This document shows, piece by piece, positions 1-8,209 of a DNA stretch of 20,000 nt. This DNA is from an uncultured virus (IMG/VR IMGVR_UViG_3300014204_000168) (lineage: Duplodnaviria; Heunggongvirae; Uroviricota; Caudoviricetes), in IMG/VR virus record IMGVR_UViG_3300014204_000168, positions 55,189 through 75,188 of that record; one strand, 5' to 3'. A model generated the notes under the pieces. That model did not search any database. It was given only the letters and a program-made list of their open reading frames with translations, and was not told the origin of the DNA. The stretch's first letter is position 1, and every line of letters starts with the position of its first letter. A program made the position numbers and the translations under genes.

Positions 1-1
1 G

Positions 2-85
2 TTATTGGCTGGTAAAGACCTTACTCCAATATCAATGATGTTAGAGGTTGTTAACTCAGAACGTTACTCAAAAGTAACGATATAA
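2..85 (+). CDS. C-terminal fragment of a gene truncated by the window edge, probably DUF2828 family (TROVE/vWA, Ro60-like)
   Basis: Frame 2 reads LLAGKDLTPISMMLEVVNSERYSKVTI*. This resembles the TPxxMMLEVxNSERY C-terminus I recall for DUF2828 proteins. Only 27 aa are visible. Confidence 0.5.
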   Translation, partial: LLAGKDLTPISMMLEVVNSERYSKVTI

Positions 86-91
86 TTTTAA

Positions 92-115
92 GGTGGGTAT
101 CGAAAGATACCCCCC
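92..115 (+). other. GNRA-capped hairpin after the stop codon
   Basis: GGTGGGTATC-GAAA-GATACCCCCC. There is no U-tract, so it is more likely a stabilising or processing hairpin than a terminator. Confidence 0.6.
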
Positions 116-116
116 G

Positions 117-280
117 TATTTGTAGCTAAAGGATGCATACTGCAATCTTAAAAAAAAAGCAAATTAAATTAGTGAAACAGGTGGTTTAAAAATTGTGTAC
201 ACCCTTTGAAAAAAAACTAACAAAAACTCTCGTTAATGGTAAGAGAAGACAAAAAATGGCCCAGCATTCTGATACAAATA
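117..280 (+). ncRNA. Putative structured ncRNA, TWCNGCAA motif copy 1
   Basis: Outer stem TATTTGTA(117-124)/TACAAATA(273-280), inner stem AGGATGC(130-136)/GCATTCT(264-270), TACTGCAA just inside the 5' arm, internal hairpins. Confidence 0.55.
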
Positions 281-285
281 AAAAT

Positions 286-310
286 AAAAAGGGACTTCGG
301 TCCTTTTTTT
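286..310 (+). terminator. Intrinsic terminator
   Basis: AAAAAGGGAC-TTCG-GTCCTTTTTTT. Confidence 0.85.
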
Positions 311-321
311 GTTATAATAAC

Positions 322-352
322 TTGAAAGTGTTAATAATTTTTAGTATTTTTG
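322..352 (+). promoter_or_regulatory. Bacteroidota-type sigma70 promoter (-33 TTG / -7 TAnnTTTG)
   Basis: TTG 322-324, 20-nt spacer, TATTTTTG 345-352. Confidence 0.75.
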
Positions 353-368
353 AATAAATTTAAAATAT

Positions 369-1307
369 ATGAAAATACACGACAAACATTTTAGGAATTA
401 CTTTAATACGTATTCAAGTGATTACAAACAAGAAATGGAACTTTATTTGAGTAATAAATCAGTTATACTTACAAAACCAGATATAACTACTCGGATTACC
501 GAATTATATAATGCTATGGATAAACCATTACCACATATAACTTGGTACACACTTACCGATGTTAAAAATGAATTTTTTGAGGAAACTGAAATCATAACAA
601 CCATAGGTAACATAAATTGGGTGTATTTCTACACAACATTCATTAATTTATTAGCTCACGATGTAACCGAGGTAAATAAAACTATGTTTGAAATTTATGA
701 TTCTAAACATAAACAATTTGACTTACTTTATGATGTAATGTTTAATATATTTGGGTTTATTGAATTAGAAGATGAATTAATACTTATCGAAAAGCCTGAA
801 AAATTTTACGACATCGATGATAATTTAGAATTCCATTCTTTAACTGGTCCAGTAATCGAAATAGGTGATTTAAGAGAGTATTTCATCCATGGTGTTAACG
901 TAACACGCCTTGAGTGGTCAAAACGTCTTAGAATCGCTCTAATTGACTCTACAGATGAATTAATCAAAGAAATTGATTTAGATACATTAAATAAAATTCG
1001 TAATGAAGTATTTGCTATTGAAGGTAATAACGTAAAAAACATTAACGAGCCAAAAGTGATAGTATTTTATCTAGATAGAGAAATATTAAATAATCGTGAA
1101 ATTGTACATCAATTTGCTAAATCTGTTGATAAAGTATTTGATGAAAGACATTTTAATGCATTAGCTTTTTTCTTACCAACTGATGGTGATGAACATGTTG
1201 AATGTATTAATCCACAATTAATCAGTAAAGAAGATTACCAAAAAGTAATTGAAGTACTAGAAACATCTAAAAAATTATTTGATATCGGTAATATTAAGGA
1301 CGAGTAG
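369..1307 (+). CDS. Hypothetical protein with a DUF6745-like segment and a separate C-terminal domain
   Basis: 312-aa ORF behind a promoter. FHSLTGPVIEIGDLREYFIHGVNV resembles the LHxxxGPA...Y..HGV motif of DUF6745. Confidence 0.6.
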   Translation: MKIHDKHFRNYFNTYSSDYKQEMELYLSNKSVILTKPDITTRITELYNAMDKPLPHITWYTLTDVKNEFFEETEIITTIGNINWVYFYTTFINLLAHDVTEVNKTMFEIYDSKHKQFDLLYDVMFNIFGFIELEDELILIEKPEKFYDIDDNLEFHSLTGPVIEIGDLREYFIHGVNVTRLEWSKRLRIALIDSTDELIKEIDLDTLNKIRNEVFAIEGNNVKNINEPKVIVFYLDREILNNREIVHQFAKSVDKVFDERHFNALAFFLPTDGDEHVECINPQLISKEDYQKVIEVLETSKKLFDIGNIKDE

Positions 1308-1953
1308 TAGTTCTCCATATTTTTGTCATATTCCAGCCGGTTTTCTCTTTGATTAAGTCATAGATATCACCGGCTGTTTTTTCTGATGCTATACCTAAAA
1401 ATAGTAATTTATTAGTTTTACTATCTTTTGCTATTTCTTTTAGTTTATTATGTAATCTAAGACAGTCATCAGGGCATTTACAAATAATGAAATCTAATTC
1501 ATCACCACGAATAATTAATTTATTTTTAACTACAATAATTTCTTTAGTACCATTCTTGGTCCTAATACCCTTCATTAATATTTTTTTAATAATATCTCTT
1601 ACGGTGAATCGTTCAAATCTATTATCGTAACCATATACCCAAAATGTTTCTTCTAGTTGATACGGTGCCGAATCAATTATAACCCATTTAGGTGAATCAT
1701 TTTTTTCTTCTACTAACTTACCTAATTTATCACGAACAATTCTATTTTCATCAGTTTCACCACGTTCTTTAATTAATAATATTTCGTATTCAACTGGTAT
1801 TATATCTTTATAGTTAATATGTTTTTGGGGCATGTCAATTTTATTATCCTTTCGTAATTCTCTAAACATATTGTTAATGAATTCGAATGAACTTGATTTT
1901 AAAAGAACCTTCTTTTTAATTTTATTTTTAACTAATACAATTCTATACCTCAT
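1294..1953 (-). CDS. Hypothetical protein (basic)
   Basis: 219-aa ORF with ATG start, convergent with 369..1307 (14-nt overlap). Confidence 0.75.
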   Translation of the reverse strand: MRYRIVLVKNKIKKKVLLKSSSFEFINNMFRELRKDNKIDMPQKHINYKDIIPVEYEILLIKERGETDENRIVRDKLGKLVEEKNDSPKWVIIDSAPYQLEETFWVYGYDNRFERFTVRDIIKKILMKGIRTKNGTKEIIVVKNKLIIRGDELDFIICKCPDDCLRLHNKLKEIAKDSKTNKLLFLGIASEKTAGDIYDLIKEKTGWNMTKIWRTTTRP

Positions 1954-1957
1954 AAAC

Positions 1958-1988
1958 TTGAAAGTTTCATTTAATTTATGTATTTTTG
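1958..1988 (+). promoter_or_regulatory. Bacteroidota-type promoter
   Basis: TTG 1958-1960, N20, TATTTTTG 1981-1988. Confidence 0.75.
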
Positions 1989-2017
1989 TAAAATAATAAA
2001 TAGAAACATAAATAAAT

Positions 2018-2239
2018 ATGAAAAAATTATTGCAAGAGAGTGTTGAATTTTATTCAATGTTAGAATATTTCACCACTAGAAACGAAGATGATAGTAATGG
2101 GTTACCAACTATACCATCAAAGCCATTCGATGAGAATAGTAATCCAAATAATCAATTTATTGGTGTATTAAATAATAGATTTTTTGGTAATACAAAAATT
2201 AATTGTGTTTTATTAAAAAAAGATACTAATAATGTCTAA
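2018..2239 (+). CDS. Hypothetical protein
   Basis: 73-aa ORF after a promoter with an A-rich leader. Its end overlaps the dnaJ start. Confidence 0.65.
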   Translation: MKKLLQESVEFYSMLEYFTTRNEDDSNGLPTIPSKPFDENSNPNNQFIGVLNNRFFGNTKINCVLLKKDTNNV

Positions 2240-3245
2240 ACGAGATTATTATGAAGTGCTTGGACTTTAAAATGGTGCTTCAGATAAAGAAATTAAAAAA
2301 TCATACCGTAATTTAGCTAAAGAACACCACCCGGATAAAGGTGGTGATGCTAATGCCTTCAAAGAAATTAATGAAGCTTACGAAGTTTTAAAAGACCCTG
2401 ATAAAAAAGCTAATTACGATAAGTATGGACATCAGACAAATCGTGGTGGCTATAATGATGATTTTGTTAAATGGGGTGAACGATTCCGTCAACAATTTAA
2501 TCAACAAACTAGACCAGTCGGCCAAAATATTAGATTAAATATTAAATTAAGTTTAGAAGAAGCATTTAATGGTGTTAATAAAACTTTTAAATATAATAGA
2601 TATGATAGTTGTAATGATTGTAAAGGTGTTGGTGGTGAAGATGAAGTAACTTGTAATGTATGTCATGGTAGTGGTATCATTAGAGAAGTTTATAATACAC
2701 AAGTTGGTGTTGTTCAAAATGTATATCCTTGTAATCATTGTGGTGGTAATGGTAAAACGTATAAAACACAATGTAAAACCTGTAACGGTAATGGTGTTGT
2801 ACCAATCAATGATGAAGTAACTATTAATATACCAGCTGGTATTAGTGATGGTGATAGTATGATAAAATATAGTAAAGGTAATGCATGTAAAAATGGTGAT
2901 AGCGGTAATTTAATAATTGTTATTAATGTATTCAAACATGAAAAGTTTTTAAGGGTGTTATCGGATTTAAAATATATTAAAGAAATAAGTTATCCTGATG
3001 CTATTTTAGGTGTTAAAATTGAGATTCCAACAATTGAAGGTACCACAATTAAATTAGATGTACCACCTTATAGTGATAATGAAAGTATATTGCGTTTAAA
3101 AGGTAAAGGTATGACTATAGTTAATAATACAGAACGTGGGGATTATTTAATCCAAATTAATATATTAATGCCAAAGGAAATATCACCAGAAGAACGTCAA
3201 TTATTAGAAAAAATAAAAGAAATACAAGAAAAACTTGAAAATTAA
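2232..3245 (+). CDS. dnaJ: DnaJ (Hsp40) chaperone with one in-frame TAA at codon 13 (2268-2270): pseudogene, readthrough or sequence error
   Basis: [37 protein letters not shown] (J-domain HPD), four CxxCxGxG zinc-finger repeats and a C-terminal domain (ORF 2859..3245), all in one frame with no other stop. Confidence 0.9.
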
Positions 3246-3265
3246 AGATATTATATATATTTTTG
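3235..3265 (+). promoter_or_regulatory. Bacteroidota-type promoter
   Basis: TTG 3235-3237, N20, TATTTTTG 3258-3265. Confidence 0.75.
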
Positions 3266-3302
3266 CAATCTAAGTAAATAATAATAATTAAAATAGAAAA
3301 AA

Positions 3303-3746
3303 ATGGGACAAAAATTTGATGAATTAGAAAAGGATGTTGAAAAAATCTTTGATTTGGTAATTAACTGTACTGATTTAGAACAAAAAGTTAACATTAAAAT
3401 TGTTGGTAACGACAGACAAAAAGAAATAGGTAAAGTAGTTAAAACAAATGATTTGACTAAATACTTAAGTGATGATGTTGATGTGGTTGTAATATTAAAT
3501 CAACTTATATTCGAACAATTACCAGAAGATATGCAAGAAATGGTTGCAATCGAATTAATAACTTATATTGGTTATGATAGTGATAAAGAAAGAGTAGTTA
3601 TTGCTAAACCTGACGTAAATACATTTAGCACTATATTGAAAAAATATGGTTATGAGGCGTATGAAAGAACGGTTGAATCAATTAAATCACTATACGATAA
3701 AAAACAAAATGAAGAAAATGCTGGTGAAGCACCAGCAGAACAATAA
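3303..3746 (+). CDS. Hypothetical protein
   Basis: 147-aa acidic ORF, first gene after a promoter. Confidence 0.75.
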   Translation: MGQKFDELEKDVEKIFDLVINCTDLEQKVNIKIVGNDRQKEIGKVVKTNDLTKYLSDDVDVVVILNQLIFEQLPEDMQEMVAIELITYIGYDSDKERVVIAKPDVNTFSTILKKYGYEAYERTVESIKSLYDKKQNEENAGEAPAEQ

Positions 3747-3767
3747 CGTATCCGTAAAAAAATTAAA

Positions 3768-3989
3768 ATGGAAGACGAAAAAGCAATCTTTGAGAAAAAT
3801 TGGGATATATTTGTATTAACAGGTATGCCTTGGCACGAAATTAAATCACTAACTATTACTGATAGAGATTATATGTATGCTAAAGCTGTTGAAGCTAAAG
3901 AAAAAACGCTAGCACAATTGAAAGCTAGAGACGAATATTATGCTTCACAAGGTTTAGGTCCTGATGGTAAACCACAACAACAACAATAA
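3768..3989 (+). CDS. Hypothetical protein
   Basis: 73-aa ORF, coupled to the next gene through TAATG. Confidence 0.7.
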   Translation: MEDEKAIFEKNWDIFVLTGMPWHEIKSLTITDRDYMYAKAVEAKEKTLAQLKARDEYYASQGLGPDGKPQQQQ

Positions 3990-4243
3990 TGGATGTCGAA
4001 ACATTAGCAGAATTAAACCCAGATGCCTTAACGGCTGATGGGTTTGAAGATGCACTTATAGGTGCAGTGCAAAGATGTGGTTTAGGACCAATAGCTTTAT
4101 ACAGTCAAGCTAAATGTCTTTCTATTTTAGTTGAAAGAGACGGTATGAGTTTTGAAGAAGCTATGGAATACTTCGATTTTAACGTATTAGGTGCTTATAT
4201 GGGTGAAAACACCCCAATGTTTTTAATGGACGATGAAGAATAG
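3989..4243 (+). CDS. Small acidic phage hypothetical protein
   Basis: 84 aa. ADGFEDALIG...EEAMEYFDFNVLGAYMGENTPMF resembles a common small phage protein family. Ends in TAG. Confidence 0.75.
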   Translation: MDVETLAELNPDALTADGFEDALIGAVQRCGLGPIALYSQAKCLSILVERDGMSFEEAMEYFDFNVLGAYMGENTPMFLMDDEE

Positions 4244-4266
4244 TATTAACTTTAAATAAAAATTAA

Positions 4267-4971
4267 ATGGACAATTATAGTAATGTAGATTATTACGGAG
4301 AATTTAAAAACTACGCTTGTAGACATCTAGGTGTTTCTCAAATGCAATTTAGAGCTTGGGAACAACTTCAAACAAGATTGTATACACAAGCATCAATGAC
4401 ACCATATATTCTTGAAGAAAGAGAAATGCGTGTAACTCAAATGGATATCTTTTCACGTTTAATGATGGATAGAATTTTATGGATTGCTGGTGTTGTTAAT
4501 GACGCTATGAGTACTGTTGTACAAGCACAATTAATGTTTCTAGACAACGTAAATAATGAAGATATTACAATGCATATAGATACACCCGGAGGAAGTGTTA
4601 AATCTGGATTATCAATGGTTGATGTTATGGATTATATTAAATCAGATATTGCAACCATTAATACTGGTATGGCAGCATCAATGGGGTCTGTATTATTAGG
4701 TGCTGGAACTAAAGGTAAACGTTCTAGTTTACCATCAAGTAGAGTTATGTTACATCAAGTGTCTTCTGGTAGTGAAGGAAATATACAAGATATGAGAATA
4801 TCTATGATTGAAACTGAAAAAATTAACTTAGAACTTTTTTCAAAACTTGCATCGTATTGTGGTAAATCAGTTGAAGAAGTTATGTTAGATACAGAAAGAG
4901 ATAAATGGTTAACCAGTCAAGAAGCAGTTACTTATGGTATAATTGATTCGGTTATTACAAAACGTAAATAA
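4267..4971 (+). CDS. clpP: ATP-dependent Clp protease proteolytic subunit
   Basis: DIFSRLMMDRI, IDTPGGSV, GMAASMG (catalytic Ser), MLHQ (His), ERDKWL (Asp). Confidence 0.95.
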   Translation: MDNYSNVDYYGEFKNYACRHLGVSQMQFRAWEQLQTRLYTQASMTPYILEEREMRVTQMDIFSRLMMDRILWIAGVVNDAMSTVVQAQLMFLDNVNNEDITMHIDTPGGSVKSGLSMVDVMDYIKSDIATINTGMAASMGSVLLGAGTKGKRSSLPSSRVMLHQVSSGSEGNIQDMRISMIETEKINLELFSKLASYCGKSVEEVMLDTERDKWLTSQEAVTYGIIDSVITKRK

Positions 4972-4972
4972 T

Positions 4973-5410
4973 ATGAAAACGACAGTAAATCTTCAAAATA
5001 AAAAAGGTTCTTTTAATTATCAATTCTTAGATAAATATGTTGCTGGTATAATGTTAATAGGTACCGAAGTTAAAGCTATTAGGGATGGTAATGTTAGTTT
5101 TGTTGATAGTTACTGTGTATTCATTGATAATGAATTATGGCTCACCGGACTACATATTTCACAATATAAATTTGGTGATGCACACGAAGAAAAACGTCAT
5201 AGGAAACTATTATTAACAAAGAAAGAATTATCTAAACTTTCATATAATGTAAAACAATCTGGGTTAACAATAGTACCTGTACGTTTATTCACAACGGATA
5301 AGGGTTTATTAAAATTAGAAATTGCTTTAGCTAAAGGTAAAAAAAGTTACGATAAACGTGAAGATTTGAAACTTAAAGATGCTAAACGAGAAATGGAGAG
5401 GGTATTATAA
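4973..5410 (+). CDS. smpB: SsrA-binding protein SmpB
   Basis: NKKGSFNY..AGIMLIGTEVKAIR, RKLLL, GLTIVP, ALAKGKKSYDKRE. ATG at 4973 preferred over the 4943 start. The tmRNA gene lies just downstream. Confidence 0.95.
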   Translation: MKTTVNLQNKKGSFNYQFLDKYVAGIMLIGTEVKAIRDGNVSFVDSYCVFIDNELWLTGLHISQYKFGDAHEEKRHRKLLLTKKELSKLSYNVKQSGLTIVPVRLFTTDKGLLKLEIALAKGKKSYDKREDLKLKDAKREMERVL

Positions 5411-5622
5411 TGAGTGATTATAATATGAATGGATTAGTTGAAGGTTTGATTGGTATTGGTGTTGTTATAACAATAATTATATGTGGTTTTATCTGGTTAG
5501 GTATATGGTTATTTTCATCAGACGAAATAAAAGTAAAAGAACCACTTAAACCAATTCGAGTTGAATTAGTTATTGAAAAAAATAATAAAATTGATTCAGT
5601 TTACGTATATAAAATTGATTAA
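5410..5622 (+). CDS. Small single-TM membrane protein
   Basis: 70 aa with hydrophobic stretch LIGIGVVITIIICGFIWLGIWLF. TAATG coupling to smpB. Confidence 0.7.
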   Translation: MSDYNMNGLVEGLIGIGVVITIIICGFIWLGIWLFSSDEIKVKEPLKPIRVELVIEKNNKIDSVYVYKID

Positions 5623-5627
5623 AATAC

Positions 5628-5680
5628 TTGATTTTTTAATTTTTTAATAGTATCTTTGTATTTATAAAAGAGTTCATTAA
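5628..5680 (+). promoter_or_regulatory. tmRNA promoter region: Bacteroidota promoter, TATTTATA motif and boxA-like element
   Basis: TTG 5628-5630, TATCTTTG 5651-5658, TATTTATA 5659-5666, GTTCATTAA 5672-5680. Confidence 0.7.
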
Positions 5681-5685
5681 TTTAT

Positions 5686-6051
5686 GGGGCATAACTGGCT
5701 TTAGATTTTGTATAATCGTAAGTGGTAAGCATGTAGTGAAATAACTAAATTCACTTTAAACGAGTAGTTAAAAGTTCAAATGGCAATATGTTAAATATTT
5801 CCGAAAACTTCCTTGCTGAGGCTTCTTTTGAAGTGCTTGCTGGAGAGGCTGTAGCTGCCTAAGTATACGAAGCATACAACCAAGAACCCACTTTAAAATT
5901 GTTCCAAGTGGTTAATCTAGGGTCAATAGCGTAGGTATCAGTTGAAGCTATATTAAACTGAATATATTGGAAAGATAGAAATCTTTATCCTAAACATGTA
6001 GAAAGGTATTGAAGAATATGAAAGACCGGGGTTCGAATTCCCGATGCTCCA
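5686..6051 (+). ncRNA. ssrA: tmRNA (transfer-messenger RNA)
   Basis: Acceptor stem GGGGCAT/ATGCTCC-A with G3:U70, T-arm CGGGG-TTCGAAT-TCCCG, tag ORF 5782-5862 GNMLNISENFLAEASFEVLAGEAVAA*. Close to smpB. CCA not encoded. Confidence 0.93.
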
Positions 6052-6063
6052 CTAGAATAAACG

Positions 6064-6090
6064 AAAAAAGGGGTTTTATGACCCCTTTTT
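6064..6090. terminator. Bidirectional intrinsic terminator
   Basis: AAAAAAGGGGT-TTTATG-ACCCCTTTTT between the convergent tmRNA and microprotein ORF. Confidence 0.8.
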
Positions 6091-6114
6091 AGTTTTTAAT
6101 GATAAATAATTTAA

Positions 6115-6171
6115 TTATTTTTTAACCACTTTTACATTTGGTTTACCATTACCACCTTTACATCCACACAT
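6115..6171 (-). CDS. Putative 18-aa Cys-containing basic microprotein
   Basis: MCGCKGGNGKPNVKVVKK*, with its own TATTTATA motif (minus strand 6210-6217), A-rich leader and a downstream terminator. Confidence 0.5.
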   Translation of the reverse strand: MCGCKGGNGKPNVKVVKK

Positions 6172-6242
6172 AGTTTTATATTTTTAAATGATTGTTATTA
6201 TCTGTTATATATAAATATATCACAAATTAATTTAAAGTAAAT

Positions 6243-6273
6243 TTGCATTTCTTATTTTTTTGTTATATCTTTG
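6243..6273 (+). promoter_or_regulatory. Bacteroidota-type promoter (probably a leaderless transcript)
   Basis: TTG 6243-6245, N20, TATCTTTG 6266-6273, ATG 4 nt later. Confidence 0.7.
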
Positions 6274-6277
6274 TCAA

Positions 6278-7081
6278 ATGAATAAAGATAGATTTAAAGA
6301 ATTATTGTCATTACCGTCTTATACTGGTAGTGAACAATTAATAAGAGAGTTTATAGTAAACTTTGGATTCGATAATAACATTGTGGTCCATGTTGATGAT
6401 ATAGGTAATGTATATCTAATAAAAGGAACATTAGATGAGGGTGAATATTATCCATGTATTGCAGCACATATGGACACTGTGTACCAACATCATCTTCCAT
6501 TGATTGAAACTAATAATAGATTGGTTATTATGGAATCGCAAATACCAAATACATTTGATAACACTATTAAAACTATATTATATGCAGAAAATAATGGTAT
6601 TGGTGGTGATGATAAATGTGGTATTGCTATATGTTTAGAATTAATATTAAAATGTGATAAATTAATTGCCGCATTTTTCGTTGAAGAAGAGTTTGGTTGT
6701 AAAGGTTCTAAAAATGCTGATAAAACTATATTAGATAAGGTAGGGTATTTCATAGAATTTGATGCACCAACAGATAATTGGTGTAGTGAATTTTGTTCCG
6801 GTATTAAACTATATAATGATGAAATGTTTGATTTAGTTAAACCGGTGTTTCAAAAATATAATGTAGATAATTTTAGTAACGACCCTTATACAGATGTTGC
6901 AATATTAAGATGTAATTTTGATGTATGTTGTTTAAACGTATTTGCTGGTTATTATAACCAACACTCTAATAAACGTGAATTTATTTTCATTGAAGATGTT
7001 GAAAAATCAATTGATATGGGTTATGAATTATTAACAACCGTTGGAAATAATAAAATGTTCTTTGAAAGAGCTAAAAGATAA
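6278..7081 (+). CDS. Zinc-dependent peptidase (M20/M28/M42 clan)
   Basis: AAHMDTV, GIGGDDKCG, VEEEFGCKGS, IEFDAP, YYNQHS metal-ligand motifs. Confidence 0.85.
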   Translation: MNKDRFKELLSLPSYTGSEQLIREFIVNFGFDNNIVVHVDDIGNVYLIKGTLDEGEYYPCIAAHMDTVYQHHLPLIETNNRLVIMESQIPNTFDNTIKTILYAENNGIGGDDKCGIAICLELILKCDKLIAAFFVEEEFGCKGSKNADKTILDKVGYFIEFDAPTDNWCSEFCSGIKLYNDEMFDLVKPVFQKYNVDNFSNDPYTDVAILRCNFDVCCLNVFAGYYNQHSNKREFIFIEDVEKSIDMGYELLTTVGNNKMFFERAKR

Positions 7082-7082
7082 T

Positions 7083-7328
7083 ATGAAACTATTTTTATAT
7101 AAAATATATAAATTATTAACTGGTAATAAACCAATATTTCATCTTATAATACCAAATGAAGATAGTAAACCTATCATTGTAAAAGAATATGTTAAATTTA
7201 AAGTATCACCGGTAATAGATGATAAAATATACTTTGATGTTAATGGTCCTTTTTATAAAGTCACTGGTATTACACATAATATCAATACATTTCATGTTAT
7301 TTGGGTTTCAGTTGAAAAAATAATTTAA
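7083..7328 (+). CDS. Hypothetical protein
   Basis: 81-aa ORF starting at ATG 7083, right after the peptidase stop. Confidence 0.65.
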   Translation: MKLFLYKIYKLLTGNKPIFHLIIPNEDSKPIIVKEYVKFKVSPVIDDKIYFDVNGPFYKVTGITHNINTFHVIWVSVEKII

Positions 7329-7346
7329 AAATAATTACTAAAAACC

Positions 7347-7438
7347 TTGACAAGTTAAAAAATTTTTAGTAATTTTGCAGTGTACTTAGATTTTAACGAT
7401 TAATGTTATATTTATAAAGTACAAAAAGTTCATTGATT
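7347..7438 (+). promoter_or_regulatory. Promoter region of the first RNA array: Bacteroidota promoter, TATTTATA and boxA-like element
   Basis: TTG 7347-7349, TAATTTTG 7370-7377, TATTTATA 7409-7416, GTTCATTGATT 7428-7438. Confidence 0.7.
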
Positions 7439-7454
7439 AATAAAAAAGGTGTAA

Positions 7455-7711
7455 GGAATGATTACCGCAAATTAAAAATTACACAAATATGAAAAGCAAA
7501 TGAGAGGTTTGATTATAGTCCTCTTAACTATTAAGAAACAAGAAGGTTAAAAACTTCTCCTTAATATGAAGAAAAAAAAAGGTAATCTCACTATGAAAGT
7601 GGCTAAATATTCCCAGTTTAAAACATTGGTTAAATAGTTTGGTATTCAGATAGAGTTAATCCCAGTACTAGGTATATGAGAACTTAAATCGTAACGTTTA
7701 CCGTCATTCCG
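7455..7711 (+). ncRNA. Putative structured ncRNA, TWCNGCAA motif copy 2 (long, multi-hairpin)
   Basis: GGAATGA(7455-7461)/TCATTCC(7704-7710) closing stem, TACCGCAA, internal hairpins such as GAGAGG/CCTCTT, AGAAG/CTTCT, CACT/AGTG. No long ORF. Confidence 0.55.
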
Positions 7712-7728
7712 TCACAAAATATAAATAA

Positions 7729-7789
7729 AGGAAGAGTTCAGCAATTAAAAAAAATTAAAATTGAAAATTTAACTTAAAAGTTCTTCCTG
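7729..7789 (+). ncRNA. TWCNGCAA motif copy 3 (short)
   Basis: AGGAAGAG-TTCAGCAA...TTCTTCCT-G, arms identical to copy 4. Confidence 0.6.
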
Positions 7790-7795
7790 TTTTTT

Positions 7796-7860
7796 GCCCT
7801 TGTATTATTTGTATGTAACAATACGAGATAATATTGGTGATTCATTATCACCCAAGGGCA
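7796..7860 (+). ncRNA. D-armless tRNA-like RNA 1
   Basis: 7-bp acceptor GCCCTTG/CAAGGGC-A, T-arm GGTGA-TTCATTA-TCACC, one long hairpin in place of the D and anticodon arms. Confidence 0.6.
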
Positions 7861-7927
7861 CATATAAATCCTAACTGGTTCACTGGATATAAGTTATTAA
7901 CTTATGTTCACACAGTAGGTAAAAATT

Positions 7928-8001
7928 TGCGAGGTGGTAGCAGTTGGTAGCTCGTTAGGCTCATAACCTAAAGGTCAGTGGTTCGAGTCCACTCTTCGCT
8001 A
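7928..8001 (+). tRNA. tRNA-Met(CAT), initiator-like
   Basis: TGCGAGG/CTTCGCT with 1:72 mismatch, TTAGG-CTCATAA-CCTAA, AGTGG-TTCGAGT-CCACT. Confidence 0.9.
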
Positions 8002-8061
8002 CAACAATCCTCCCCATGCCTATCCTTTGGAAGCACACTTTGGGGAGCTTATAAAATATAT

Positions 8062-8145
8062 CGTGGGGTGGTGTAAGGGTAACATTCTTGGCTCATAACC
8101 AAGAGACAGTTAATGCTAGTATAGGTTCGAATCCTGTCTCCGCAA
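8062..8145 (+). tRNA. tRNA-Met(CAT) with C1:A72 mismatch and 17-nt variable region
   Basis: CGTGGGG/CTCCGCA-A, CTTGG-CTCATAA-CCAAG, ATAGG-TTCGAAT-CCTGT. Confidence 0.85.
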
Positions 8146-8150
8146 CAAAT

Positions 8151-8201
8151 GGAAGTGTACGTAGAGAGTACGTAATATTGGAGCAATACCAATCACTTCC
8201 A
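8151..8201 (+). ncRNA. D-armless tRNA-like RNA 2
   Basis: GGAAGTG/CACTTCC-A acceptor, TACGTA-GAGAG-TACGTA hairpin, ATTGG-AGCAATA-CCAAT arm with T-arm geometry (5 bp, 7-nt loop). Confidence 0.6.
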
Positions 8202-8209
8202 CAAAATAA

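Noticed and set aside
806..1042. Minus-strand 78-aa ORF
   Set aside because: Antisense shadow of 369..1307.
2553..2935. Two minus-strand ORFs (2553-2771, 2735-2935)
   Set aside because: Antisense shadows of dnaJ.
6490..6753. Minus-strand 87-aa ORF
   Set aside because: Antisense shadow of the peptidase.
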